A stretch of DNA of 64,000 bases from Ignavibacteriota bacterium (lineage in GTDB: Bacteria; Bacteroidota; Ignavibacteria; UBA10030), in the NCBI GenBank assembly GCA_963701295.1, contig OY969585.1, positions 1,728,001 through 1,792,000 on the forward strand. The letters are read 5' to 3'. How positions within the stretch are numbered: the stretch's first letter is position 1; each line of letters starts with the position of its first letter. The translations under genes were made by a program, and so were the position numbers. This document shows, one piece after another, positions 1 through 10,916 of the stretch. The notes under the pieces were generated by a model. It saw only the letters and a list, made by a program, of their open reading frames with translations. It was not told where the DNA came from and did not search any database.

Positions 1-315
1 TATATAGACACAGGTGATACCAAAGGCCGGTTGTTCTTCCACCACGAAGTCGGCTTGTTCGTGCCTGTGTCTATTTGTGAGTAATGTGAACAAATGACTT
101 TCACTTTCTACCATATCTTTTCAGCTGTCACATTTTCGTGTCTTCCCAGTGGAGCGCCTGGCGATATTCCATCGTTCCCACTGAATCCCCTTCCACGGCT
201 TCTTTGGCATAGTACTGGTCCGATTCTTTCCCCTATTTCCTGCCTACAGTAGACTAGAAGATTTCGCTTGATGATATTAACCAGCAGAGTTTTGCCTGTC
301 TTTCTATTGGAGGAA

Positions 316-3147
316 TTATCTTAATGTGTATGTAAATGTTAGCATACAATAACGAGTTAAAGCAGTATTACTTACGTCCTCTGTGTATGTGTCGGTAATG
401 TTGCGGGTGATGCTTTTATTTTGGCCGAGCAAATCGGATACGCCTAATTTCAGTTCTCCGCGCTGGTTTGAAAGAAATTTCTTTCCAAAACTCATATTCC
501 ACAAAAGGATATTCTGGTTGTATCCGCTGGAAAGACCGCTCGTGACTGTGCTATTCAGTTCGTTTCTGAACACGATCCCATTCCAAAAAATCCAATTGAA
601 CTTGAAGCTCGCCGTATGTGAATAATAATTGCTGTTTTGATCCGGCTGCAGCTGAGTGCGGCTGATATTGAAGTTGCCTGAGTACGCAAGAGTGAAATCG
701 ACTTCAGGACTAATGTTGCTTCCAAGCGTGAATCCTTGAGTGATGGCATATGTGTTTGTCATATCTAAAAGAGTATTTATTTCAGCCGGGGTACGTGTGT
801 ATGTTAAACCCGTACTCAAGTTCAACATACTGCTGAGAAAGTTTACTGGAAAGCCGTATGTAAAGAATGAACGAACGTTTGCATATCCATTGAGATTGAC
901 GGGAATAGTTAGCTGCGAACCTTGCGCCAATTTTGTTCCATTAGAAAGCACGGTATCACGCATCGCCAGAGTTGTCGCGTTGCCGATGTACTCATTCGTA
1001 AATGTTGCAGAGAGCAGGAGGAACATGCTTCTGGCTTTTTGGGGAGTCGTAATGGAATACCGAACGTTAAGAGCATTACTATACGATTCTTGCAAATCAG
1101 GATTGCCGGATGTGAGCAGCAGCGGGTTTGAATTGTTGATAACATTTTGTAATTGTGCAATGTTCGGCGGTCGTGTGGACGCGCGGTACATCACACGCAA
1201 ATTTTCATGCGCACCCAGTGCAAGGCTGAGGAGTGCATTCGGAAGGTAATCGATAAATGATTTTGAAAGATTCCCTGCAAGTGGAAATGTTTGATCGTTT
1301 TTCAATTCTGCAGATTGGACGGAGAATCCCGCCATCGCGTTCAGTCCATCTCCCCGAATTCGATAACCCATGCCGGCACTCTGCGTGATATATTCATTTT
1401 CATACGTATTGGAGAGTAGAGTATCGAAATCCGAATATTGCTGTCGCATTGCATTGAAATTATATGTTCGCATATCTGCGGTAGTTTTTGAATACAAGGC
1501 GTTGTATGTCAGTTGCAATTGACTATTGAAGGTTATCGGCTCTGTGTAGGTGAGTGTTGGAGAAATGGTGTACCCGAGTGTTGTAGAATGTGCTTGCTGG
1601 TTCGAAGTATCGACGCCAATAGAATCGCCCGTTTGTTGCGTTAAGGCATCGTAAAGTGTCGATGTCAGTTTTTGATTATGCGCCAGAGAGAAATCTAAGG
1701 AGATTGTTCTTCCGGGAAGCTCGAATTTGTGGCGAAAAGTAATATGGCCGGTAAAATTGTGCCCGGACGCGTCCGTCTGATTGTCGATCTGCGATTCGCT
1801 GAGAGGGACATTCGTTGGAAGAGAACTCGTCGCATTTAAGACATTGGATATATCGTTCTGTTGAAAAAGAAGTTGCGGTGTGACAATAATGGAATTCGAG
1901 GAGTCCATGGTATAGACGATGCGGGCATTCGCTCGGTGGTTATAATTTTTACTGTCGGCATCTGTCTGCTGATCATAAAGGCTTCCGGAACTTCCCGCAT
2001 TATAATATTGTCTGTTCGTTGTCTGATCATTTTGGTTGTTGACCTGATTGAAGAAATAGCTCCCCTGTGCAAATACTTGAGAAGAGAGACTGTCGATATA
2101 ATTACCGCCGATCATATTTGTTGTATTGATTCCTTGCGGTTGCGTAGAAGAGAAGCTATTGGTGCTCCCGCTGCTTCCACCGAAAGAGAACTGACTTCCT
2201 GGAGGACGTCCACCCTGGCTCCCGCCTCCACCAGACGATGAAGATCGCCTTCCTCCGGGAAGCCTCTGCGATGTATTCACACCTGGACCAGTACCGAGAA
2301 CATCCTGCGCAGTAAAATTTTGTTGGTTGACGTTATTGGTTAATCCAACAAGAGAAAGTCTGGAATCGCCGTCAAATTTATTCAGCGCCGCACCGACTAT
2401 GTAACGACCATCATCATCTCCGTATCCGGCGGAGAATTTTCCAAATTCTGAATGCGCATTTGCAGTGCGGGTAATAACATTCATTGCTTTCACCGATTGG
2501 CCGTCATCGAATCCTGTAAATTGTGCCTGATCACTCATTTGATCGAAAACCTGAATTTTCTCAACGACTTCAGCAGGTAAATTGCGCAATGCCAGTGTGG
2601 GATCATCACCAAAGAAAGGTTTGCCGTCTACAAGGACACGTTGTACCGTTTCGCCTCCGACACTCACGGTGCCTGAACTATTCACTGTAATGCCCGGCAT
2701 TTTAGTTACGAGATCTTCTACAACTGCATCAGGATTAGTTTTGAAAGCACGTGCAATGTATTCTGTTGTGTCACCGTTCTGCACGGCAGCCGGAACATTG
2801 GCTTCGACCACGACTTCTCTAACTGTGATGGGAATTTCTGTCATGGTCAACGCATCCAAGTCCATAGAGTGTTTATCGACAGAAATTGTTTTCACGATTT
2901 TTTGATAGCCGATGTACGTTGCCTCCAGACGATATTGATGTGACTCGGCCAGCAAGAAAAAGAAATATCCATTCCGGTCGGTTATGGTAAAAAAGGTTTT
3001 TGTAGTATCCTGAAGGTTGATAACGCGAATATCTACGGCAAAGAGCGGTATTTTCTTTGAGTCCTGAATAATTCCATGCACTGAGATGTTTTGTGCCTGC
3101 ATTGTCGGAATAAGGAAGAAAAGAAATATCGCAACACTCTTCTTCAT
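316..3147 (-). CDS. Outer-membrane beta-barrel / TonB-dependent-receptor-like protein with N-terminal carboxypeptidase-regulatory-like domain
   Basis: 943-aa ORF with signal peptide. The plug-like segment GDTTEYIARAFKTNPDAVVEDLVTKMPG..VLVDGKPFFGDDP..KIQVFD is typical of this FCB OMP family. Also has a Gly/Ser-rich loop, a GNPDL motif and a terminal beta-strand (LTFTYTLR). Confidence 0.8.
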   Translation of the reverse strand: MKKSVAIFLFFLIPTMQAQNISVHGIIQDSKKIPLFAVDIRVINLQDTTKTFFTITDRNGYFFFLLAESHQYRLEATYIGYQKIVKTISVDKHSMDLDALTMTEIPITVREVVVEANVPAAVQNGDTTEYIARAFKTNPDAVVEDLVTKMPGITVNSSGTVSVGGETVQRVLVDGKPFFGDDPTLALRNLPAEVVEKIQVFDQMSDQAQFTGFDDGQSVKAMNVITRTANAHSEFGKFSAGYGDDDGRYIVGAALNKFDGDSRLSLVGLTNNVNQQNFTAQDVLGTGPGVNTSQRLPGGRRSSSSGGGGSQGGRPPGSQFSFGGSSGSTNSFSSTQPQGINTTNMIGGNYIDSLSSQVFAQGSYFFNQVNNQNDQTTNRQYYNAGSSGSLYDQQTDADSKNYNHRANARIVYTMDSSNSIIVTPQLLFQQNDISNVLNATSSLPTNVPLSESQIDNQTDASGHNFTGHITFRHKFELPGRTISLDFSLAHNQKLTSTLYDALTQQTGDSIGVDTSNQQAHSTTLGYTISPTLTYTEPITFNSQLQLTYNALYSKTTADMRTYNFNAMRQQYSDFDTLLSNTYENEYITQSAGMGYRIRGDGLNAMAGFSVQSAELKNDQTFPLAGNLSKSFIDYLPNALLSLALGAHENLRVMYRASTRPPNIAQLQNVINNSNPLLLTSGNPDLQESYSNALNVRYSITTPQKARSMFLLLSATFTNEYIGNATTLAMRDTVLSNGTKLAQGSQLTIPVNLNGYANVRSFFTYGFPVNFLSSMLNLSTGLTYTRTPAEINTLLDMTNTYAITQGFTLGSNISPEVDFTLAYSGNFNISRTQLQPDQNSNYYSHTASFKFNWIFWNGIVFRNELNSTVTSGLSSGYNQNILLWNMSFGKKFLSNQRGELKLGVSDLLGQNKSITRNITDTYTEDVSNTALTRYCMLTFTYTLR

Positions 3148-3202
3148 TGCGGTAATGTACCGGTTATTCGATGATAGAGGATGATGTTCAATATATTATT
3201 TG

Positions 3203-4069
3203 CTACAGCGCAAGGTGGACACGAAGGCTGAAAGAAATTGGCTCGGGTGAAGTCTTTCCTTCGCCATTGTGTCCTCCAGAATTCCCTCCTCCACCGCCAG
3301 AATAATCACCGCCATGTGTCCCTTCGTTACCCGGCATACTACCACCTGCCGGCGGTGTTTCACCGTTCGGAATGCTGCCGCCGTGCCTTCGTCTCCCGCC
3401 GCCCGTACTTTCACCTTGATGTTTTCCGCCGGAAGGCATTTCGATCTTTCCCGATTCGATGTTCATATTCAAAGTGTTGTCGATTCCAGCTCCATAGGGC
3501 TCTTGTTTTGCTTTGCGCGGAATTTTCAATTCAAGAATAGCAAGCCCGGACGAATCGCGGAATGCAGCGGCAATGCCGTACTCGCTTTCGGATGTTAGCG
3601 TTGAGCTCTGGGTTATCGCGTCTTTTTCAGGTCCCAATATCTCCATCTCGGTTCGATTACCGGAAGAGTCGATCCCTGCTGCAACTGAAGGCCTGCCCAT
3701 TTGGAGAGGGTAATGAATTCCAAATTTCTTCCCATGTTCAGGTTCGATCCAGACAATCATTCCCGCCGCATTCATCCGCTGTGCTGTTGTTCTATCGGTG
3801 GATATAAGGCAGATATACATATTGCTTGCGTCGTTTTGAATGCCGACCAATAATCCTTTGTCTTTTAGATCTAGCATTTTCTTTCCGTTCCATTTATCGG
3901 CACGGCCGTCAACAACATATGTCCCGCTTAACAATTCGCTGTTCAATTCTTTTGTCGAGGAACACCCTGAAATGACCGCAGTTTGGAGCAATGAGAAAGA
4001 AAAAAACGTCGCTTTTACACACATTCTAAATTTCCATCTTGACATACAAAACCCTCTTGATGAGTGCAA
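3203..4069 (-). CDS. Hypothetical lipoprotein with Gly-rich C-terminal region
   Basis: 288-aa ORF with lipobox-like AVISG-C followed by SSTK. Same strand as, and directly upstream of, the OMP. The true start is probably one of the downstream ATGs. Confidence 0.65.
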   Translation of the reverse strand: MHSSRGFCMSRWKFRMCVKATFFSFSLLQTAVISGCSSTKELNSELLSGTYVVDGRADKWNGKKMLDLKDKGLLVGIQNDASNMYICLISTDRTTAQRMNAAGMIVWIEPEHGKKFGIHYPLQMGRPSVAAGIDSSGNRTEMEILGPEKDAITQSSTLTSESEYGIAAAFRDSSGLAILELKIPRKAKQEPYGAGIDNTLNMNIESGKIEMPSGGKHQGESTGGGRRRHGGSIPNGETPPAGGSMPGNEGTHGGDYSGGGGGNSGGHNGEGKTSPEPISFSLRVHLAL

Positions 4070-4701
4070 TGAACCGATTGTCTATTAGATGCAATATGTA
4101 TGTGTAAAGTTTAAGATAAGGTATGCCTATTGAAAAATATTTCCTATGAGCTTTATAAATTTTTGCAACTTCATTGCATAATAAGAATCAAGTTGTATTG
4201 TAATTTCGTGGAGGAAGCTGCACACTCGAAGACAAGAGTGCAAAGGTGGCTCGAATTAGTTCCGGAGTGCGATTCCATTACAGCAAGGATCTTTTCGTGC
4301 GTTGCATGGATAGCTTTATCTGAAAGTTGTTGCATCGTTAGACGATATCCTTCAAGAATTATTTACCTATATGCAGCTCCACAAACATTATTGGCCAAGT
4401 ATAAAATCCACTAATGTCATAGATTTCAAGTTGTTTGACGTTGCAGGTTCAACTCGGGGCTGTGAAAAACGATAACGAAACTTTTAGAATCGGTTTTTGG
4501 AGTAGCGAAAAAAAACATGTAACGTCGGGAAAGATTCCTAAGAATAAAACCTTCTTAAATTCATGCAGCTACACCAATAAAGTATCAGCACATACCAACT
4601 CAATGGTAAACTGTTCGTAAAAAAATGAAGGGAAATAATATAAGTTATCTGAACGCTCCTTTACTACTAAAAAGAGTATAATAATCTGCTTTCAGATATG
4701 A

Positions 4702-5733
4702 TCAGGTGTTCAAGACCTTAGATGACTGTCTGACAATAAATTCTGTCTCTAAAATAACTCGTTCAATCGGCATAATCGTCGAAGATTCGATATTACGGAT
4801 TAAAATTTCTGCAGCCATTATTCCAATCTCTTGTTGAGGTGCCCTTATTGTTGTCAGGGGAATTGGATACATTTTCGCATAATAAATATCATCGTTTCCA
4901 ATAATAGATATATCGTCGGGTACGCGAATATTGAGTTCCTTCAATGCCAGCATAACTGCAAGAGCTTGCTGATCATTGAAACAAACAATTGCGGTCGGGT
5001 AATTATCACGGTTTCTATTCTTAAAATACTCGAGGGTTTTATCAAAACATTCTTCAAAATGAGATCCCACCGAGATGATCATATCTTTATGAAAGACCAA
5101 TGTGCTTTCACTGAAAGCATAACGGAATCCTTCCATTCGTTCTTGTGTATGTGATGACTGTGGAGGACCTGCAAAATGTACAATTTTTGTGTGACCGCTA
5201 TCTATTAAATATTTCACTGCTCTTTTTATTGCCTTTTTGTTGTCAATTGCCACAACGTTTGCTTGAATCCCCTTAACATCTTCTAATAAGACAAAAGGAT
5301 AATTAATCATTTTTAGTTTAAAAAGATGTTCAATTTCAGCTGTTCCTTCAACTATGGGAGCGATAATAATGCCTTTGATATCCTTCGTGGAGAAAAGCCG
5401 AGATAAATTCTTTTCACTTTCATGACTGTCATCTGAACTGGAAACAATGACAGAATATCCTTTGCTGTTTGCATATTCACTTACACCTTTTGCTATCGTA
5501 GTGTAGAAAGGATAAGTTAAATCCTTGATGATTATTCCAATACTTTTATCATAGTTTTCATTTTTAAAATTTCTTGCCACACCGTTGGGACGGAAGTTGA
5601 GTTCTTTCATTACTTCTAATATGAAATCTCTTGTTGCTGGCTTGACCGTTTTCTTCGCATTTATGACAGCAGAAACAGTTCCTTTTGAAACTCTCGCTCG
5701 CTTAGCAACATCCTCAATGGTTATCTTTTTCAT
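4702..5733 (-). CDS. LacI-family transcriptional regulator (probable xylan-locus repressor)
   Basis: HTH ITIEDVAKRARVSKGTVSAVIN and sugar-binding domain motifs NDQQALAV and VPDDISIIGNDD. Divergent from GH43. Confidence 0.95.
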   Translation of the reverse strand: MKKITIEDVAKRARVSKGTVSAVINAKKTVKPATRDFILEVMKELNFRPNGVARNFKNENYDKSIGIIIKDLTYPFYTTIAKGVSEYANSKGYSVIVSSSDDSHESEKNLSRLFSTKDIKGIIIAPIVEGTAEIEHLFKLKMINYPFVLLEDVKGIQANVVAIDNKKAIKRAVKYLIDSGHTKIVHFAGPPQSSHTQERMEGFRYAFSESTLVFHKDMIISVGSHFEECFDKTLEYFKNRNRDNYPTAIVCFNDQQALAVMLALKELNIRVPDDISIIGNDDIYYAKMYPIPLTTIRAPQQEIGIMAAEILIRNIESSTIMPIERVILETEFIVRQSSKVLNT

Positions 5734-5899
5734 TTATTGCCTTAGCTCTCTCCTATGGATCAATTTATCACACCTGTCTCATTCAAAGATAACATGTAAC
5801 AGCACAATCAATTTTTTTATTCTCTGTTAAATCAATCACCAATGAACAATATATATTGCAGACATAAGTTTAAGACAAATTATTCGAACAATCAAACCG

Positions 5900-5913
5900 T
5901 TGAAACAGTTCAA
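5900..5913. promoter_or_regulatory. Putative LacI operator TTGAAACAGTTCAA (copy 1)
   Basis: Near-palindrome in the lacI/GH43 divergent spacer. Identical copy at 6012 and a one-mismatch copy at 16588. Confidence 0.7.
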
Positions 5914-5983
5914 TTATTGTGTGGTATGAGTAGAAAATCACCAGAATGTTTTGATAAGTTGTAATAAGTGTTGATTTTTATGC

Positions 5984-6025
5984 TTGCTATTACAATGGAA
6001 CATCTTTAGTATTGAAACAGTTCAA
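5984..6025 (+). promoter_or_regulatory. Putative sigma70-type promoter (TTGCTA-17 bp-TAGTAT) overlapped by operator copy 2 (6012-6025)
   Basis: -35 at 5984-5989 and -10 at 6007-6012. TTGAAACAGTTCAA starts at the last base of the -10 box. Confidence 0.6.
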
Positions 6026-6180
6026 AATATATTCAACAAATGAAGTATCTCTTTGGCTCCCATGATCATCTTGGAATAGTGATGCAAAAAATAGTTGTAG
6101 AAACCGGCGAAGTGAAACCAAGTTATTTAGGACCGCCAGAAAGTTATCATCAGATTTTTACAAGAAAAGGAGAATTCCAT

Positions 6181-7887
6181 GTGAATAGGTCATTAATGTT
6201 CGTTTTATGTTTTTTTATTACTCTATGTTTTATTTTATCTGCGCAGGACAAAAAAATGTTCACAAATCCAATCCTAGCTGGATTTTACCCTGATCCGAGT
6301 ATTTGCAGAGTCGGCGGCGATTATTTTCTGGTGAACTCTACGTTTTCCTACTTCCCGGGAATCACAATATTTCAAAGCAAAGATCTCGTGAACTGGAAAC
6401 TCATTGGTTATGTTTTAGATAGACCAGAACAATTAAATTTGGAAGGCCAGGGAGTCTCTCGAGGCATTTATGCTCCAGCAATAAGGTATCATAATGGTAC
6501 GTATTATGTGACTTGTACATTAGTTGATATCGGTGGAAATTTTGTAGTCACTTCAAAATCGGCTTCTGGTCCATGGTCTAATCCAGTCTGGATTCCTCAA
6601 ATTAATGGGATAGACCCTTCTCTGTTTTTTGACAAAAATGGAAAGGCATACATACTCTATAATAGTGTACCTCCAGGCGATAAGCCGCTTTATAATGGAC
6701 ACAGAACATTGAGAATGTACGAATTTGACATTGAGAATCTTAAAGTGGTCGGTGAAGAAAAAATTTTAGTCAATGGCGGAGTAGACATTAGTAAAAGACC
6801 TGCTTGGATAGAAGGACCTCATATTTTTCAAAAGGACAATTATTACTATCTGATCGCTGCCGAAGGTGGCACAGGTGATCAACACTCCGTGGTCGTATTT
6901 AGAAGTAAAAGTGTTGACGGTCCATATATCCCTTATGAAAAGAATCCCAGTTTAACTCAAAGACACTTGGATCCCAAAAGGAATAACCCTATCACATCAA
7001 CTGGACATGCGGATTTTGTCCAGACCGAAGCAGGAGACTGGTGGGCGGTTTTTTTAGGATGCAGACCATACGGTCCATTTGAAGAAGGATATATTAACAC
7101 CGGTAGAGAAACCTTTTTGGCTCCTGTAAAATGGGAGGAAGGTTGGCCCGTTATAACTAAAGGAAAGGAAGAAGTACAATATCATTATCCTCTTCCCATG
7201 CCGTTGAATATCAAAGGCATTGAGAGACCTTACAGCGGGAACTTTACATGGAGAGATGAGTTTAACAAAGAAAGTCTGTGCCGTGACTGGGTGTTCTTAA
7301 GAACACCAAAAGAAAAATGGTACGATTTGAAACAAACGCCAGGTTCTTTGTCGATACAATTAAGACCGGAATCATGTTCTGGAAATGGCAATCCAAGTTT
7401 TTTAGGTTTTCGACAACAACATCTTTGTGGATCCGCAAGTACTGAAATCGATTTTGCGCCAAAGGCGGAAAATGAAAAAGCCGGATTGTTAGTTTTTCAA
7501 AACGAGCAGCACTTCTATTTCCTCTGCAAATCACTGGAAGGTAATCAACCAGTAGTTCAGCTCTATAAATCCGGTGACAATAAAAGTTCCGATGACCCAA
7601 AGGAGTTGATAACTTCTCAAAAAATTCAAAATGAAGAGAAGGGAAAAAAATTGTTGCTCAAAATAGAAGCTCAAGGGTCTGTGTATTCCTTTTCTTATGC
7701 ATATGAGCCTCAGAAATGGATCCTCTTAAAAGATAGTGTTGACGCCAGATTCTTAAGCACAAGAGTTTCAGGAGGATTTGTAGGCTGTATGTATGCTTTG
7801 TATGCGACCTCTATGGGCAAATCCAGCAAAAATGTATCCAAATATAATTGGTTTGAATATCGCGGAGATGATGAAGTATACAGATGA
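6181..7887 (+). CDS. GH43 beta-xylosidase/alpha-L-arabinofuranosidase with C-terminal beta-sandwich, secreted
   Basis: Motifs NPILAGFYPDPSICRV, GIDPSLFFD, WIEGPHI, TGHADFV and GRETFL. Start re-called to GTG 6181, which follows the RBS AAAGGAG and precedes a signal peptide; the ORF track starts at 6040. Confidence 0.92.
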   Translation: MNRSLMFVLCFFITLCFILSAQDKKMFTNPILAGFYPDPSICRVGGDYFLVNSTFSYFPGITIFQSKDLVNWKLIGYVLDRPEQLNLEGQGVSRGIYAPAIRYHNGTYYVTCTLVDIGGNFVVTSKSASGPWSNPVWIPQINGIDPSLFFDKNGKAYILYNSVPPGDKPLYNGHRTLRMYEFDIENLKVVGEEKILVNGGVDISKRPAWIEGPHIFQKDNYYYLIAAEGGTGDQHSVVVFRSKSVDGPYIPYEKNPSLTQRHLDPKRNNPITSTGHADFVQTEAGDWWAVFLGCRPYGPFEEGYINTGRETFLAPVKWEEGWPVITKGKEEVQYHYPLPMPLNIKGIERPYSGNFTWRDEFNKESLCRDWVFLRTPKEKWYDLKQTPGSLSIQLRPESCSGNGNPSFLGFRQQHLCGSASTEIDFAPKAENEKAGLLVFQNEQHFYFLCKSLEGNQPVVQLYKSGDNKSSDDPKELITSQKIQNEEKGKKLLLKIEAQGSVYSFSYAYEPQKWILLKDSVDARFLSTRVSGGFVGCMYALYATSMGKSSKNVSKYNWFEYRGDDEVYR

Positions 7888-8378
7888 TTTATTTTTGATA
7901 ACCCTTTTCACAGTACGCAGTATCGGTTCACTCATTGTAAGAGATGGTCTATATTATTCATAATGAATCATACATCATTGTTTTCGTATCGAAATAAATC
8001 TAGTATTTTTGAATATTAAAGAGATTTTCAAAATGAATTTCTTTTCATGGTTCGTTGAGAAGGAAAGCAATTTTTGCAGGGCTGAATTTTCTTTTCTGCT
8101 GTCACCCAGTTCGAATATTTCATTTGTGCCGGGTATCAGGTACCTCTTTCTAAAAGAGTGGTCTATGGTAATAATCGAGCAGACTTTTTCTTCTTTGGCG
8201 GCGGTATCGTCCAGGGAGTTCTTATTCTCAAACCCGATTTTCCTGAAAATAAAGAAGAATGGCCGTTCTTTTGGGGGAGGAATTGAATATGTGATTGGAG
8301 GGGATCCATCATACATATGCTTGGTACGCACTGTTGGGGATATTCTACAAGAGAAAAAATAGAAAGCTGGAGTATGCC

Positions 8379-9578
8379 ATGAAACAAACATGTGCACTTG
8401 TCGGTGTTGGAATAGGGCTTGTTTGCGGAATTCTTTTTGCACAACAGCCGCATCTTCCCCAAAACTATCCTCCGGGATTATACGATGAATCCAAAGTCCC
8501 AAAGTATACATTGCCAGATCCATTGACATTACTCAACGGCGATAAGGTAACTGACATAAGAATCTGGAAGGAGAAACGAAGGCCAGAGATATTGAGACTC
8601 TTTGAAATCAATGTTTATGGAAAGACCATGATTGGTAAACCTAAGGAAATGACGTGGGAAGTTACATTGGAAGACAGGAAGGCAATGCATGATTCGGTAA
8701 TTGTAAAGAAAGTAACGATTTACTTCACTGCAAAAAAAGACTGGCCAAAGATGGAACTGAATATTGTCCTTCCCAATCATACGTCTCGACCTGTTCCAGT
8801 ATTCTTTGTTCCAGGATGGATGCGCAATCAGGAGCTGCTTCTGAAGCGCGGATATGGCCTTGTAAACTTTAATCCATGGGAAATAGAACCAGATAGAAAA
8901 GACAGTGCATACGAAAAAAGTATTCGCAAGTTCTTTGCTCGTCCCGGTCAAATGCAACCAGATTCCAACGAATGGGGAGCAATTGGAGCTTGGGCTTGGG
9001 CGATGAGCCGTGCAATGGATTACATTGAAACCGATTCTGATATCGATGCATATAAAGTATGTATCATGGGTGTATCACGGTTTGGAAAAGTTGTTATGTG
9101 GGCAGGGGCTCAAGATGAGCGATTTGCGATTGTCTTCTCTTGTGAATCCGGTTGCGGTGGTGCGATTATCGTTCGTCGCGGATTTGGCGAAACAGTCAAA
9201 TCGATTAATGGTTACGCCCCTCATTGGTTCAACAGTAATTTCAAAGAATATGGTGATCGGGTCAATGATCTCCCTGTTGATTGGCACATGCTCGTTGCAT
9301 TGATGGCGCCAAGACCTGTTTATATTGCAACAGCTGAGGAAGATTACTGGGGCGATCCGCGCGGCTCATTTCTTTCAGGGAAATATGCTGAACCAGTTTA
9401 TAAGCTATTTGGAAAAGGCGGACTTAGCGTAGATAGTATGCCTGCGGTAGGAATTTCTGTAGGCGACTTTATTGGTTATCATAACAGGAAGGGCGGGCAC
9501 GGATTAAACGAATACGATTGGGAGCAGTTTCTCAAATTTGCAGATCATCATTTTGGCATTACGAAAGACGAAAGGTAA
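8379..9578 (+). CDS. CE15-family glucuronoyl-esterase-like protein
   Basis: Nucleophile motif GVSRFGK plus WGAIGAWAWAMSRAMDY, ESGCGG, LPVDWHMLVALMAPRP and GGH. Start re-called to ATG 8379 (RBS GGAG, signal peptide). Confidence 0.85.
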   Translation: MKQTCALVGVGIGLVCGILFAQQPHLPQNYPPGLYDESKVPKYTLPDPLTLLNGDKVTDIRIWKEKRRPEILRLFEINVYGKTMIGKPKEMTWEVTLEDRKAMHDSVIVKKVTIYFTAKKDWPKMELNIVLPNHTSRPVPVFFVPGWMRNQELLLKRGYGLVNFNPWEIEPDRKDSAYEKSIRKFFARPGQMQPDSNEWGAIGAWAWAMSRAMDYIETDSDIDAYKVCIMGVSRFGKVVMWAGAQDERFAIVFSCESGCGGAIIVRRGFGETVKSINGYAPHWFNSNFKEYGDRVNDLPVDWHMLVALMAPRPVYIATAEEDYWGDPRGSFLSGKYAEPVYKLFGKGGLSVDSMPAVGISVGDFIGYHNRKGGHGLNEYDWEQFLKFADHHFGITKDER

Positions 9579-9825
9579 TTCTTAATACTCTCCAATAGAA
9601 GAACTTCAAAAAAATTCTTATAAAGAAACAGAGTTAATCAGACAAATTATTCAAAATGAAGATTCAACTTCTCCCATTTCTTTTGATTACAATGCTGAGT
9701 GGCGCAGTCGTTAGTGCAAAAAGTTGATGATATCCCGCATCTCAAAAAACAGGAAACTGCTTAATAGCTAATCACTTATAAATTGTGATATTCAAAGAGT
9801 CTTTCTCTAGGGGATTCTTTTCTTC

Positions 9826-9879
9826 TTGACATTTAGAAAAAAAATCATTACTTACACGAGTAAGTAATCGAGTAAGTAA
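9826..9879 (+). promoter_or_regulatory. Promoter (-35 TTGACA 9826-9831) with palindromic operator TTACTTAC-ACGA-GTAAGTAA (9848-9867) and direct repeat CGAGTAAGTAA
   Basis: Perfect 8-bp inverted repeat over the expected -10 region. CGAGTAAGTAA occurs at 9857-9867 and 9869-9879, just before the lacI ATG. Confidence 0.65.
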
Positions 9880-9886
9880 GGATATT

Positions 9887-10900
9887 ATGGCATTTCATAC
9901 TCAAACAGATATCGCAAATAAACTCAAAGTCTCACGCGTGACAATTTCAAAAGCTCTTCGGGATCATCCTGATATTTCTCCTGAAATGAAAAGGCGTGTG
10001 AAAGAAGCTGCCGAAGAATTTGGATATACTCCAAATCTTATCGCTAAAAACTTAACCACAAAGAAAACTCTCACCATTGGAATTGTTGTTCCCGATCTTG
10101 AAAATAGTTTTTTTTCATATGCCGTAGATAGTATAATCGATGCTGCTTCGGAACATCATTACCATACGATTCTTACAGTCTCGAGGGAAAACGAGCAGAA
10201 TGAAAAGTCTAACATTCAAAGTTTGATAGGTATGCGAGTCGACGGGTTATTGGTCTGCGTCTCTCAACGTACGTCCGATCCTCATGTCTTCGAAGAAGTG
10301 AAAAAAAAGAATATTCCATTTGTTTTCTTTGATCGTCAACTAGAAGGGATAGGTTTTAAAAGTATCACATTCAATGACAAGATTGGTGCAATCGATGCTC
10401 TAGATCAAATCATTAAAAATGGGTATTCACGCATTGCACACTTTGCTGGATATATGAATGTTAGCATCGGCCAGAAACGGTGTGAAGGATATAGAAACGC
10501 TTTAGAGAATAATGGATTGAAGGTTGATCCGGCTTGGATTCTTGAGGCAGGATTTGAAATACAGGACGGATACAATTCCTTCATGAAATTATATCAAACA
10601 AAGAAAATACCTGAAATCATTTTTGCAGTGAATGATCGTGTGGCATTAGGTGCATACAAAGCGATACAGGAAGTTGGCATGGCCATTCCAAAAGATATCG
10701 GCATAATGGGATTTGGATTTAACGAAACCGCGCAGATGTTTTCACCGACATTGTCAATTATTCATCAAGATCCTCGTAAACTTGGAACTGCTGCGTTGAA
10801 TGTACTCATCGAAGAGATACAAAACATTGGTCAGAAAAAACCTCGTCAAGTTACTATAGAAGAAGAATTTATTTGGAACAATTCAATTATAAAAAAATAA
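9887..10900 (+). CDS. LacI-family transcriptional regulator
   Basis: HTH TQTDIANKLKVSRVTISKAL; motifs YTPNLIAKNL, NDRVALGA and IPKDIGIMGF. Confidence 0.95.
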   Translation: MAFHTQTDIANKLKVSRVTISKALRDHPDISPEMKRRVKEAAEEFGYTPNLIAKNLTTKKTLTIGIVVPDLENSFFSYAVDSIIDAASEHHYHTILTVSRENEQNEKSNIQSLIGMRVDGLLVCVSQRTSDPHVFEEVKKKNIPFVFFDRQLEGIGFKSITFNDKIGAIDALDQIIKNGYSRIAHFAGYMNVSIGQKRCEGYRNALENNGLKVDPAWILEAGFEIQDGYNSFMKLYQTKKIPEIIFAVNDRVALGAYKAIQEVGMAIPKDIGIMGFGFNETAQMFSPTLSIIHQDPRKLGTAALNVLIEEIQNIGQKKPRQVTIEEEFIWNNSIIKK

Positions 10901-10916
10901 CATTGAGAATAAGATT

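Noticed and set aside
4130-4620. Short ORFs 4130-4414 and 4435-4620
   Set aside because: TTG starts and no recognisable domains, in a spacer that must hold the promoter of the minus-strand genes.
7975-8378. ORFs 7975-8529 (-), 8009-8362 (+) and 8163-8462 (-) between GH43 and CE15
   Set aside because: They overlap each other and CE15, show no recognisable motifs and have no convincing RBS. Probably spurious or decayed.
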